Below, in pieces: positions 48,253 to 57,964 of a stretch of DNA of 64,000 nucleotides. The first letter of the stretch is position 1; each line of letters starts with the position of its first letter. This DNA is from a virus (lineage: Duplodnaviria > Caudoviricetes): IMG/VR virus record IMGVR_UViG_3300035492_000236; one strand, written 5' to 3'. The notes beneath the pieces are model-generated. The model was not told the DNA's origin. It saw only the letters and a program-made list of their open reading frames with translations, and made no database searches. The position numbers and the translations under genes are program-made.

Positions 48253-49795
48253 TACGACGTGACCTCCTGTAGTGGTTGAGGAAATTGTTGGCCATGGTGG
48301 CGACTTCGGGGAACAATGTAGCAATCCCCTTCACGCGGAATGCGCGGTCGGTATCCATCAAGCCAAGGTGGGACCGTAGGCGTTCGAAGCGACGCTTTTC
48401 ATCGGCACCCAATAGCAGCTTAACTTGCAATTGGTCACCATCGTAGTCCGCGTTACTACCCTTGATCACCAGATTGGAAATCAAGATGGCGTTTTCGTTA
48501 ACGTCGGTCAGTACTTTGGTGATACGGAAATATTGATCCGACAACCGTTCGAGCGTCGGGTTACGCAGCATGGCGATCGGAATACCGCCTTCCGGACATT
48601 CGTCAATAAGCTCATTGATGATGTCGTGGATCAGTCGGTTGTACTTGACGGTGGCTTCATCGATCAGGCGAAACGCCCTCGGTGGTGTCATGTACTCCAG
48701 TCGCAACAGCTTGTTGAGGATATGTACCCTCAGCAGCGTTACCGTCCAGGCCCACGGCGAATGTACCTCATCGTACGCATGGCCATACGGTAACGGTGCA
48801 ATAACTGCACGGCCAGTAAACGGTGATCGGGTACTGCCCAACTGGCGCCGGAACATCCCACTCTTTTTACTACACGTGACGGTATAGTAATTCTGGTAGT
48901 AGGACGACATCAGTTTGATGGTCTTGACTACACGTGACTGCACCACTTTGTCTGACAGCCGGAAAGGTGAGTTTTCAATCGAGGCGATGGTTTTCGGCGC
49001 ATCAAACGCATCCGTCATCGTCTTGTCGATGAAACTCATGGTTCCGCCACGCTCAGACACCATGATCAGTTTGGACGGGAATGGTAAGTACCGAGTGAAG
49101 ATACAATCCCGAAACTCGTTTATGTATGCCCGGAAACGGATGGCCTCACGCACGCGCTGGGCTGGGTTATTGAACCGGTACATCAAGAACCGTTTTGGTT
49201 CAAGGATAACGTCCATGATGCGATCGAAATGACGACAAAAGAAGTTGATGCCACGCTCGATCTTCTCTTCAGCCAGAATATCCAAGACCCGTTCAATGTG
49301 CTTGTTGCCACCTCGCTTCCCGTTGATCACTGGGACCTTGTACGTGGGGTTGGTAAGGTACTCGATCAGGCTGAATGAACTGGTGCTAAACGTCACTTCA
49401 AAGTGGCGCCAAAACCGCGGATGTACAAACGCGGTCACTTGATCTGGGACCCGCATCCACAGCTGGGACTCCAGCGGACGTTCGATTGAACGCACCACCT
49501 CAGTCCCACACTCATGGCACGTTTCCCCCAAGTTAAACCCACCTACTGTACAGCCATGATCACATGACGGCACTGTGTTCAGTTCATCCTCGTCGAAATG
49601 GGTGCGGATGAGGTCGTTGATGACGTCCACAGTTTTCCCGACACTGAACTCATCAGCCACATCGTTCACGATAATGGGTCGAATCTTCAGGTTGGCAAAT
49701 TGCTCTTCCAGACTGATCAAATCCAGACTGATGCCATTGCCCAGGTCCACAACGTCTTCAACAATCTCCGCCACCAGTTTCTTCGCTGGCAACAT
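48245..49795 (-). CDS. rpoC: Non-virion RNA polymerase beta-prime N-terminal subunit (phiKZ gp55-like), uninterrupted
   Basis: 516 aa. N-terminal Zn finger CDHGC...CHECG; KSGMFRRQLGSTR; GRAVIAP; RNPTL; catalytic NADYDGD. Confidence 0.92.
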   Translation of the reverse strand: MLPAKKLVAEIVEDVVDLGNGISLDLISLEEQFANLKIRPIIVNDVADEFSVGKTVDVINDLIRTHFDEDELNTVPSCDHGCTVGGFNLGETCHECGTEVVRSIERPLESQLWMRVPDQVTAFVHPRFWRHFEVTFSTSSFSLIEYLTNPTYKVPVINGKRGGNKHIERVLDILAEEKIERGINFFCRHFDRIMDVILEPKRFLMYRFNNPAQRVREAIRFRAYINEFRDCIFTRYLPFPSKLIMVSERGGTMSFIDKTMTDAFDAPKTIASIENSPFRLSDKVVQSRVVKTIKLMSSYYQNYYTVTCSKKSGMFRRQLGSTRSPFTGRAVIAPLPYGHAYDEVHSPWAWTVTLLRVHILNKLLRLEYMTPPRAFRLIDEATVKYNRLIHDIINELIDECPEGGIPIAMLRNPTLERLSDQYFRITKVLTDVNENAILISNLVIKGSNADYDGDQLQVKLLLGADEKRRFERLRSHLGLMDTDRAFRVKGIATLFPEVATMANNFLNHYRRSRRNG

Positions 49796-49821
49796 TCGGG
49801 AACCTCCAATATTAATGAAGA

Positions 49822-49851
49822 GAAAAAAATAGGAGGGGCGAACCCCTCCTA
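49822..49851 (-). terminator. Terminator downstream of chimallin
   Basis: Minus strand TAGGAGGGG-TTCG-CCCCTCCTA-TTTTTTT. Confidence 0.85.
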
Positions 49852-49866
49852 CTATGCTGTTATCGC

Positions 49867-51759
49867 TTACCGACGGTAGCGGGTGTGGACGGAACCACGA
49901 CCACGACCACTGTGGGTACGGCGACGACGGTTGGTCAGGTTGTCAGCCAGACCGTAGTTGGTACCGTGGTAGGAACGACGGCGAGTCCGGCCGTAGGCCA
50001 GGTCAGACGCCGCATCGACTTCCAGATCCAGGTCGGAGCTTTCGACGGCTTCGAACAGATCGGCCAGGAAGGTCGGGTTGAGGTACAGCTTGGTGGCGAA
50101 ACCCTTCAGCACGAATTCACCGTCAGTGACGAACTTGAACAGAGCGTTCAGTTTGGTCATGGCTTCATCGTAGTTGAAGTAACGCTCGTCCACCGCCATG
50201 CAGTCGTACAGGTCGGCTACCAGATCGGGGTAGTTGGTCTTCAGGCGATTCAGGATCGCCAGAGTGTCCATGTCCTCGATCGGACGACGACCTTCGCTGG
50301 TCACGTAGTAACCAGTCGGCACACGCACGGCGCCAGAAATGACGTCGCTGGCTTTCTTGGCTTTGGAGATGGCACTCCACTCGCCATTGGTCAGATCATC
50401 CAGGCTGTTCATCAGGTGCTCGAACGCATCCTGGTCGTTGTCGGCCAGGTCCAGCAGCAGCTTGGAGGTAGTGAAGTTCACACCGCCTTCGCGAATCATG
50501 ACCACGAACTCTACCGGGATACGACCACGGTCGTCGCGGTTGAAGATGTTCTGCAGCCAGGCATCGCCACGCTTCGGATCTTCATCCAGCTCGGCCAGGT
50601 CGTCCGGCAGCTCACCGCGCGGCCATTCCATACCGTAGGCGAAGCCGGAGATGCGACCATTGGCACCATGGAACGCTTGCTCGAACTGACGCATCCACAG
50701 ATCGTTGTCCTTGATGTAGGGCAGTTGGGACAGACCCAGCATCATCCGCTCGAAGTTACCGTCGCTGATGCCCTTGTGAGTGGTGTTCACTTGGGACACG
50801 ATAACTTCAGGTACGAACACACCCATATCGATGTCACGGGGGTCGCGCACTTGGTCCGGGTGGACTTCGTAACCCAGGAAGCGGGCGTTGACGTAACCAT
50901 CCAGGCTAACCAGAGTGGTGCCACCGGAAGAGGCCAGCAGGGTGGACTGCACTTTGTCGCGGAAGGTTTCTTCCACGGCGATTTGGAAATCGGAGCGCAG
51001 CGGCATGCCAGTCAGGTCCAGGGCATTGGGCTTGGGTGAGAACTGGATCTTGCTACGTACCCGAGCATTGCGGCGCAGGCGGTCGGCGCTGAACGGCACG
51101 CTGGCGCCGGAGATCAGGATGTTGGCATCTTCGGCGTCGAACGCCAGGGACTGAACCACCTGCTTGTTGGACACGTCCACTTCGCTGGGAATGATGGTGG
51201 CGTTGGTGAACACGTAATCGCCGTCGGAGGCGGCATTGTCACGCAGCCAGTCTTCGAAACGGGTCACCAGTTCATCATCCACGGAGTCGATGCTGGACAC
51301 GAACCGCAGTACTTCGTCATCACGACGGCTACGGTTACGGTCATGGACTGGGTAAGTCACTACTGGGTTGATCTGACCTTCGAAGATCAGCAGGTGCCAG
51401 TATACGTTGCCTGCGATTTGTTCAGCCATGACCAGGAAACCCTGCTCCTGGTTCATTTCCTTCATCAGCTCACCATCCGGCTCCATCAACTGGCAGGTAG
51501 GCTTGGCGCCCATATCTTCCAGGATTTCACGATAGGTGGACAGGAAGGTACTGGCGCGACCCTGCTCGCCAGTAACCGGGGAGAAAGTCCGGTCAACGGT
51601 CTGGCGGTAGTTGGAACGTTCGCTGCGTTCGGTACGCTCACGACGTTCTTCGCGGTCACCGCGATCGCTGCGCTCACGACGCTCACGACGCTCATCACGC
51701 TGCGCTTCAGCGTTGATGTTTTCTTCGGTGCCGTTGTCTTTGTTAACATGGAATCCCAT
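49867..51759 (-). CDS. chmA: Chimallin, phage nuclear shell protein (phiKZ gp54-like)
   Basis: Start MGFHVNKD (51759, RBS AAGGA) gives 630 aa. Segments GMPLRSDFQI, LDGYVNARF, FVPEVIVSQ, RPIEDMDTL and NPTFLADL resemble chimallin; canonical position just upstream of nvRNAP beta-prime N; very strong codon bias. Confidence 0.88.
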   Translation of the reverse strand: MGFHVNKDNGTEENINAEAQRDERRERRERSDRGDREERRERTERSERSNYRQTVDRTFSPVTGEQGRASTFLSTYREILEDMGAKPTCQLMEPDGELMKEMNQEQGFLVMAEQIAGNVYWHLLIFEGQINPVVTYPVHDRNRSRRDDEVLRFVSSIDSVDDELVTRFEDWLRDNAASDGDYVFTNATIIPSEVDVSNKQVVQSLAFDAEDANILISGASVPFSADRLRRNARVRSKIQFSPKPNALDLTGMPLRSDFQIAVEETFRDKVQSTLLASSGGTTLVSLDGYVNARFLGYEVHPDQVRDPRDIDMGVFVPEVIVSQVNTTHKGISDGNFERMMLGLSQLPYIKDNDLWMRQFEQAFHGANGRISGFAYGMEWPRGELPDDLAELDEDPKRGDAWLQNIFNRDDRGRIPVEFVVMIREGGVNFTTSKLLLDLADNDQDAFEHLMNSLDDLTNGEWSAISKAKKASDVISGAVRVPTGYYVTSEGRRPIEDMDTLAILNRLKTNYPDLVADLYDCMAVDERYFNYDEAMTKLNALFKFVTDGEFVLKGFATKLYLNPTFLADLFEAVESSDLDLEVDAASDLAYGRTRRRSYHGTNYGLADNLTNRRRRTHSGRGRGSVHTRYRR

Positions 51760-51825
51760 ATCTTCTTTCCTTCTTATGTTGGCCAAAATGTTTGTGAGAA
51801 GTTAATTGCTAGCTTAACTCACTCA

Positions 51826-51838
51826 GATGAAATATGCT
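51826..51838 (-). promoter_or_regulatory. Candidate early promoter variant AGCATATTTCATC upstream of chimallin
   Basis: Degenerate copy of the motif, 67 nt upstream of the chmA start. Confidence 0.4.
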
Positions 51839-51867
51839 TAAAATATCTTGGAATCGGGGTACCGCTC

Positions 51868-52932
51868 ATGATTGAATTCGTCAATAAGCAGTTGGCGCTG
51901 TCGCGAGGAAGGGTCACAGACCCCTCCTTCATAAACATAGCACGTGGTGTAAATAAAAACCACCGTCGCATCCGTGCCCAATACCTGAATAGTTCCATGG
52001 CGGTGAAACCAACCCATGTACTACTTAAACTATTGTCTGGTCTAGCCCTGACGGTCAGCATGACGCCCAGAGACATAGAGCTGCGGGCAGAAGCCTTGAC
52101 CAATCAAATAGCGCAGTCATTACGACTAACGTCCCCGGTCAGTCCCGGCGAGGGGAATATCGGCGACTTCATGGATGCGGGACACACATCGGTCTTGCTC
52201 CACAGCGATCGTTTTGATGCTGACATACCATGGTACAATTTAGAGCCTGTGGTGTTCCGTTACCACACCAATACCAACATTAACTATCTATTGGGGTGTG
52301 GTGATGAAGCCAGTTATGCATTTGTTGAAGTTAACGTGCCGATGTTGGCAATGCAGCTATACCATTGGACCCGTTGGCGCAACGGCGCAGACGTGGATGA
52401 AAGCATCCGTCAGTTCATCACCAAGTATCCACTGTTTAATGCAGTCAAGTCTTACATGGATGTCAGTCTGCTGAATAGACACTACTACCAGCTCACAGAC
52501 GCCGCTATCCCCGAAGACCGAAAGACGCCACAATGGCCCTTCATCAGTCATGAGGATGCGGTTGACAAGTCTGCGCTGAAAGTGGTCAACCAACTTCTAA
52601 CGGGCGGTAAGAGCATAGGACAGACCTTGTACTCCACCGCCGGCTTCTTCACGGAGAGTGCGTTGGATCGGTTTCAGCGACCTAGAGTACCGCGCACTAA
52701 CGCAGTGCGTTGGTGGGATTACGCGACCTTGTTACCAATGCTGCACTACGGACTAACCATATCCAGCATGTCTGGCTACAACGTCAATCAGGGCATACTC
52801 AGCAATATGGATCGCGATTTGGTCGCATTCACAAATACACGCACATTGGATAAAGTGCCAAAGCACCTATCTCTCCATATAATGGGTAACTTTATTGAAC
52901 CAACTCGGGAATTGATTGCGCGACTTCGCTAG
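51868..52932 (+). CDS. Conserved phiKZ-like protein, divergent from chimallin (gp52/53-like by synteny)
   Basis: Start reassigned to MIEFVNKQ (51868); the ORF-track extension to 51343 is antisense to chimallin. The 3' end overlaps the polymerase gene convergently by 41 nt. Confidence 0.7.
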   Translation: MIEFVNKQLALSRGRVTDPSFINIARGVNKNHRRIRAQYLNSSMAVKPTHVLLKLLSGLALTVSMTPRDIELRAEALTNQIAQSLRLTSPVSPGEGNIGDFMDAGHTSVLLHSDRFDADIPWYNLEPVVFRYHTNTNINYLLGCGDEASYAFVEVNVPMLAMQLYHWTRWRNGADVDESIRQFITKYPLFNAVKSYMDVSLLNRHYYQLTDAAIPEDRKTPQWPFISHEDAVDKSALKVVNQLLTGGKSIGQTLYSTAGFFTESALDRFQRPRVPRTNAVRWWDYATLLPMLHYGLTISSMSGYNVNQGILSNMDRDLVAFTNTRTLDKVPKHLSLHIMGNFIEPTRELIARLR

Positions 52933-55078
52933 TGGTCTTTGCATTCAGTCCACCGAAGTAATCCGACACCAACAGTGTTCGGTTTTTGTCGATCATGCAG
53001 ATGTTGAAACACTCCAGCACATGGTAGTACGGCTCCACTGATGCGAAGATAATGCGGCGGAAGTCGGCCACATCCAAGATCTCCTTAGGGATTCCTGTGG
53101 CAGACACCACCGCCTCCGGCAACAGTAAGTTGACAAACGTCCGCTTGGGGTACTTAGCTGACCAGGCCTTAATCCGACTTGCCAGCTCCCGGTCTTTCAT
53201 TTCCGCTATCCATTTATTGATGGCGGTCTTGTTCTCCAGGTTCACGGCGATCTTCACCACGTTGTAAGTTGGGTCGCCTGAGGCACCATACTTGGGACCA
53301 AACGTCTCTGCCCACATTTCATGGTAGAAGTAATTGGATGATTCCGGGATGCTGTACGCCTCCTTGTTTTTGACCTGGCCAGTTTTAAGGTATTGGAATC
53401 CACCATCCACCACATTCTGAACGATGTCCAGTTCGATTTGAGCAATTCGTTCCAGATGAGGAATGATGCGGATCTTGTCACCAGCCATGACTTTAGCACA
53501 CATGTCCTGAATGGTTGTGCGAAACTCCTTCATGATGATGTCAGGGATGTTGGAGGTGCGTAGCGCCACCCCCTTAACTTCCAACTCTGGATCTTCACGC
53601 AGCACGCCCTCTTGGGATGTGATCAACGAGAAATAATGCTTGGCTTTATTGGTCAATGCAAAAGCACTGAACTTAAATTCGTTCTTCATGGAGTAACGGT
53701 GGATGTTGGATTCTTCAACCCCCATGTTCGCTGACATCCGTCCCATCATGTGCGCAATGTTCTGGGTAGCGATGTAAATCATGACGTCTGAGACGTCGTC
53801 GGCCGCTTTGCCGGTCATCTCGCCTGTGTGCCATTCGGCCCATTCCTGCACAGTGGCCATGGTTGAGTCAGTATCTGATACCAGACTCACGCGACGAATG
53901 GTATCGGGCAGTCGAGCAATGGACGCCGGCACGTTGCGTGTGGTGAGTATTTCGCGGATCAGTACATCGTACTCGCGGGTAGCGGACACCACCTGATACG
54001 CCGTGGCTAAGAACTTATGATACCCTGCAACGTCCTTTTTCTTTAGCTCTTTACTATTGCCGTAAGGACCCACCACGTCCGCACGCAGCAGACTACACAG
54101 CGCTACTAAGTCGCCATCCAACAACTTCTCAACTTCCTCCGGGGGCACCGTCAAGGTGTCCTGCGGAGTTACCATTTTTGCGATAAAATTCCGCATGACG
54201 CGGTCGTTGAATTTACGCAGATGGTACAGATCGCCAATGTACACAAACGCGGCCCGTTCCAACGGCTCGATTTTCTCCACCAGGTCGCGAATGGTAGCCA
54301 TGGCCTTTCCGTTACGCCAGAACAGTTTGGTTGAGTACCTAATCACCTCCATGGTTTCTTCTACGGATGGGTAATGGAGATCGTATAGGTCCATACACTG
54401 TTTGAATGCCGCGAAATTGGTCAAGTGTAGGGTGGACAGGATATTATTCACTACAATGCCAGGCAGCCAATAATGACGACTGCCAGCCAGGACTTTTTCG
54501 TTGTTGGCGTTACCATAACTGGTGGCAGAGCGACACGTGGAGGTCAGTGATGAGTGGGTGGATTTATTATACAGAATGGTGTAAGGGGACGAGTGGGCAC
54601 CTGACGCTGCATTGTTCAACGTCTTTACTGAGTTCTGTTCGTTCTTTTTGTTGGCAGCCAACACCTCATCGTTATTAGCAATCGCAGTAAACATCTCCTG
54701 TTTTACTGCGGCCCGCTTAGCGATGTTCTCATCAATGAAAATAGACAACACGGACCGTTTTACAGACGGCGGCAGATAAAACGTCAAAGATGGTGAATTG
54801 ATGATGTTCTTATCATGGACAGTGCGCAGTAGGGTGGCCATATCCACCCTGGTGGCGCGGCGGTCTCCGGTCTCCGGGTCGCGCACGTTCACGTTAGCAA
54901 TCGGAGCTTTAAATTCAAACCGACCGCCTTTCTTGAATTCTTTCTTCAACCACTCTCGCACCACCTCCATTGGCTTGCCGGTGGATTTGTGCAGGTAGAT
55001 GGCAGTTTGTTCCATGTACCCATCAATAACGTTAATCTCGCGCTTGTACTCGTTGATTGGACGCAAAAAGGTGGACAT
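52892..55078 (-). CDS. Split family-B DNA polymerase, catalytic C-terminal subunit (phiKZ gp50-like)
   Basis: 728 aa. Motif B EQNSVKTLNNAASG, motif C VSDTDSTM, KAKHYF, EVKGV. No exonuclease or motif A recognised. Confidence 0.88.
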   Translation of the reverse strand: MSTFLRPINEYKREINVIDGYMEQTAIYLHKSTGKPMEVVREWLKKEFKKGGRFEFKAPIANVNVRDPETGDRRATRVDMATLLRTVHDKNIINSPSLTFYLPPSVKRSVLSIFIDENIAKRAAVKQEMFTAIANNDEVLAANKKNEQNSVKTLNNAASGAHSSPYTILYNKSTHSSLTSTCRSATSYGNANNEKVLAGSRHYWLPGIVVNNILSTLHLTNFAAFKQCMDLYDLHYPSVEETMEVIRYSTKLFWRNGKAMATIRDLVEKIEPLERAAFVYIGDLYHLRKFNDRVMRNFIAKMVTPQDTLTVPPEEVEKLLDGDLVALCSLLRADVVGPYGNSKELKKKDVAGYHKFLATAYQVVSATREYDVLIREILTTRNVPASIARLPDTIRRVSLVSDTDSTMATVQEWAEWHTGEMTGKAADDVSDVMIYIATQNIAHMMGRMSANMGVEESNIHRYSMKNEFKFSAFALTNKAKHYFSLITSQEGVLREDPELEVKGVALRTSNIPDIIMKEFRTTIQDMCAKVMAGDKIRIIPHLERIAQIELDIVQNVVDGGFQYLKTGQVKNKEAYSIPESSNYFYHEMWAETFGPKYGASGDPTYNVVKIAVNLENKTAINKWIAEMKDRELASRIKAWSAKYPKRTFVNLLLPEAVVSATGIPKEILDVADFRRIIFASVEPYYHVLECFNICMIDKNRTLLVSDYFGGLNAKTTSEVAQSIPELVQ

Positions 55079-55146
55079 GTTAGATACCTTGTTATTGTGT
55101 TTGTGTCACTGTCATATGAGGTACCTCCACATCATTTTTTACAAGA

Positions 55147-55175
55147 CAAAAAAAAGCCACGGACCCGAAGGTCCG
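55147..55175 (-). terminator. Intrinsic terminator ending the small-gene array
   Basis: Minus strand CGGACC-TTCG-GGTCCG then TGGC and a T8 run. Confidence 0.8.
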
Positions 55176-55180
55176 CGACG

Positions 55181-55585
55181 TTAGATGGTTTCAATGCTGA
55201 AGTCAGTGATACCGCGGCTATTCAGGTCACGAACGATCATCTCAGCGTCAGCACTGGAAGCTTTCGGAATGATGATCCGCAGTCCCTGCTGATCCACCAC
55301 AGTTACTGGTTCAATAATCCACGGCACCCCCACCGCTTTACGTTCCCCGGTGGCTGTCCGCACGATAAGGTAATCGTAATCGGTAGCGTTCTTCGGGGTA
55401 CCGGACGGCAGGGTGCTGTAAATATTGCTATGGATCGCATCTACATCATCGCCAGACATCGCAGCGGCCAGGCTATGAGCAACTACCCCTAGTACTGTAA
55501 CTCGACTGTAAATGTCAGGCAGCAGTTTGGTATGCAACTTAAACGTGACAGTTTGGCCGTTGCGCAATTCATACACGGTTGACAT
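55181..55585 (-). CDS. Conserved small beta-rich protein (phiKZ gp49-like by synteny)
   Basis: 134 aa with YDYLIVR...AVGVPWI; directly upstream of the polymerase as in phiKZ. Confidence 0.65.
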   Translation of the reverse strand: MSTVYELRNGQTVTFKLHTKLLPDIYSRVTVLGVVAHSLAAAMSGDDVDAIHSNIYSTLPSGTPKNATDYDYLIVRTATGERKAVGVPWIIEPVTVVDQQGLRIIIPKASSADAEMIVRDLNSRGITDFSIETI

Positions 55586-56180
55586 TCTTTAACTCCCATA
55601 TGACGATACGTTTGGTCTTTAAATCGACCTCCACATTATCAACGTCCAGATGTCTTGGTAGCCGTGGCAATTGCGACAGGTAATCGAACGACTCCATTGT
55701 TGAAGTGATCATGAAGCCGATGCCGTGTGCAATCGACATTGCCATGTTAACCATTTCATGTCGCCAGCGGCGTTCCCGCCGTGACGCCTCCGGGTCAACG
55801 TCTACAGCCAACTCGATCGATGCTGAATGTCGAAGGTAATTGGTCAACACCACGGCCCAGAATGGGGTGGATTCACACGCCCATTCTTCCACCATGTCCA
55901 TGAACCAGTCGTTCAGGCTGCGATCCTCGTCACTTTCAAAGATGGCCGCCACCATCTCCTCAATATGTCTGTCATCGAAGCTTCGCAGAAACGCATCCTG
56001 CGTGAGTCCTTCGATGTAGTGGCGACAGATCATCTCACACACTGCGCTTTGGTAACACAAGCGAAATGGGATGAGAATCTCTTCGGGTAGTCCGTTGACA
56101 CCAATTTGGTCATCGATCCACTGCCAGCCTGCGCGAATAGTGGCTGCGGTCTCTGACGGTAGGCCTATAATTGACCGCAT
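55569..56180 (-). CDS. Hypothetical protein, array member 9
   Basis: 203 aa, acidic, RBS GGAG; N-terminal strand, helical core, C-terminal beta hairpin. Confidence 0.75.
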   Translation of the reverse strand: MRSIIGLPSETAATIRAGWQWIDDQIGVNGLPEEILIPFRLCYQSAVCEMICRHYIEGLTQDAFLRSFDDRHIEEMVAAIFESDEDRSLNDWFMDMVEEWACESTPFWAVVLTNYLRHSASIELAVDVDPEASRRERRWRHEMVNMAMSIAHGIGFMITSTMESFDYLSQLPRLPRHLDVDNVEVDLKTKRIVIWELKNVNRV

Positions 56181-56189
56181 GGTAATCTC

Positions 56190-56708
56190 CTATCGTAACT
56201 CGATACTCGGTGCATAATGTACTTTGATGGTTTTTCGGCGCAGATTTACTTCTGGGATATCCCTCGAACCAAGAATACGCATGGTCAGACCACGACGGTT
56301 ACGCCGTTGCTCATTGATCAGGGCAAACCAATCATCATTGGATTCCAACCCATACTCTGCCAAGGCATCAATGATGGTCTCGGCCAAGTGGGTGATGATG
56401 ACTTCCATTTCTGCGACCGTGTCAAAAATTGTCGGGAGGTTGTCCGACACCCACTTCACTTGGTCGGTGTCTTCATCAATTTCAATGTTGGCGTCAAAGA
56501 CCAACTCCAAATAATCGCAGACTGCATGGTGGATTTGCTCCCACACTTCCTCATCCCGCCAGGACTGTGTCCATGCGGCAGCAAACACTGCAATTACCAC
56601 TGCCGGGTACAACAAGCTTGGAACATCGAGTACTTTGCTGACAACATCGTCGGCAATGTTCTCAGCCAACTCTATCGACCTCCTGGCCGGAATGATAACG
56701 TTTGACAT
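56190..56708 (-). CDS. Hypothetical protein, array member 8
   Basis: 172 aa, RBS GAGG; same predicted topology. Confidence 0.75.
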   Translation of the reverse strand: MSNVIIPARRSIELAENIADDVVSKVLDVPSLLYPAVVIAVFAAAWTQSWRDEEVWEQIHHAVCDYLELVFDANIEIDEDTDQVKWVSDNLPTIFDTVAEMEVIITHLAETIIDALAEYGLESNDDWFALINEQRRNRRGLTMRILGSRDIPEVNLRRKTIKVHYAPSIELR

Positions 56709-57064
56709 GATGGCCTCGTGCTGATTAAAACCTTGCCTGACGTAACAGACACACTATAGACCATGTTGGTATTTCTGTAACAACCCCATGCAATGTCTGT
56801 CACCTTTTCGTGGAAGTGTTGCTGCAGGCGCTGCATTTCAAGTCGACTGCAGATACCGCCATAATGAATGGCGGCATTCGCATTGACCAGTCCAGCATCG
56901 ATAAGGGCGTAAAGTGTGTCCTCCCCGACACTACACCCTAACGCCCGCTCCATCAGTGCAGTGACGACCAATCGCCGTTCAAACGTGGTCAGTTCACTAC
57001 ACTCAACATGCTTTGCAAACAACTCCACAAAATCAGCGACTGGTGCTACGACTGTCCCAATCAC
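56672..57064 (-). CDS. Hypothetical protein, array member 7
   Basis: 130 aa, overlaps both neighbours. Confidence 0.65.
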   Translation of the reverse strand: MIGTVVAPVADFVELFAKHVECSELTTFERRLVVTALMERALGCSVGEDTLYALIDAGLVNANAAIHYGGICSRLEMQRLQQHFHEKVTDIAWGCYRNTNMVYSVSVTSGKVLISTRPSCQTLSFRPGGR

Positions 57065-57533
57065 AAAATGCCTCCAGGGCGCGGTTGGCCGATTCTATCA
57101 TCAGCCGTTGAATGTGTCGAGGATAATCACTGGCCACCACTACCTCCAACACTAAATGCAGGTGCTCGCGACTCGCACGCGGCCGGAAGCTGTAATTGAC
57201 CAGACGATAACGATTATTAACCCAGCCGTCGATTCGGCTCAATTCCTTAAACATTTTGATCAAGGCATTGACCACGGCCAGTTTCATGTCATGCAGGCCA
57301 GCCTGTGACAGATGATTGGTGATCGACGATTCAGTGCAGAGGTAATCCATGGTGTTGGATATCTTGCCGTAATCAACTGGTCGCTGTTCCGCAATATCTA
57401 CGGTGAGATTGAGGATGCCGTTAAGATCGTCAATCAGTGAGCGCACCAATCCCGCTTCGTCGAAGTTATCAGTCCAAGGCAACATTTCCATGAACAACTC
57501 GTGGAAATTGTGTAACTCTACAATGATTTTCAT
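57033..57533 (-). CDS. Hypothetical protein, array member 6
   Basis: 166 aa, starts right after the upstream stop. Confidence 0.75.
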   Translation of the reverse strand: MKIIVELHNFHELFMEMLPWTDNFDEAGLVRSLIDDLNGILNLTVDIAEQRPVDYGKISNTMDYLCTESSITNHLSQAGLHDMKLAVVNALIKMFKELSRIDGWVNNRYRLVNYSFRPRASREHLHLVLEVVVASDYPRHIQRLMIESANRALEAFCDWDSRSTSR

Positions 57534-57534
57534 A

Positions 57535-57957
57535 TTAACTCCAAGGTTCTACTTTAAGTTTCAGAGTCGATAGGCGATTCCTCACATGGTAATCGACTAC
57601 CTGATGGCGACCGCAGTCAATACTCGACAGCGCGCGGTCAACTGCACTGCTCAACCCAACGAACCGTTCGGACGTCACCACCTCCTCCACCATAGTGGTC
57701 AATTCAAAAATGCCGATGTCTGGGAATTTGGGATATAGTGCCATGTAGATGGCAGTCACCGTATCGTTGGTGTGGCATTCGACATCGCCCGGTAAGAACA
57801 GGCATCCGACTAGCTCATTAAACACCAGCGTTTGTGTTGGGTTAAAAAAGCTATCCTCGGTATCATGTTCGGATTCGGAGCAGATGTGATGTAAGTGCAG
57901 GGCAACGTATTCGGCAATCTCCCAACTCCACCGACGGATGTCTACGGTGATATCCAT
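57535..57957 (-). CDS. Hypothetical protein, array member 5
   Basis: 140 aa. Confidence 0.75.
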   Translation of the reverse strand: MDITVDIRRWSWEIAEYVALHLHHICSESEHDTEDSFFNPTQTLVFNELVGCLFLPGDVECHTNDTVTAIYMALYPKFPDIGIFELTTMVEEVVTSERFVGLSSAVDRALSSIDCGRHQVVDYHVRNRLSTLKLKVEPWS

Positions 57958-57964
57958 ACCACTT

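Noticed and set aside
49885-51039. 384 aa plus-strand ORF
   Set aside because: Antisense shadow of chimallin.
51343-51867. 175 aa N-terminal extension of the plus-strand gene
   Set aside because: Antisense to the chimallin 5' end and its promoter region; the true start is probably 51868.
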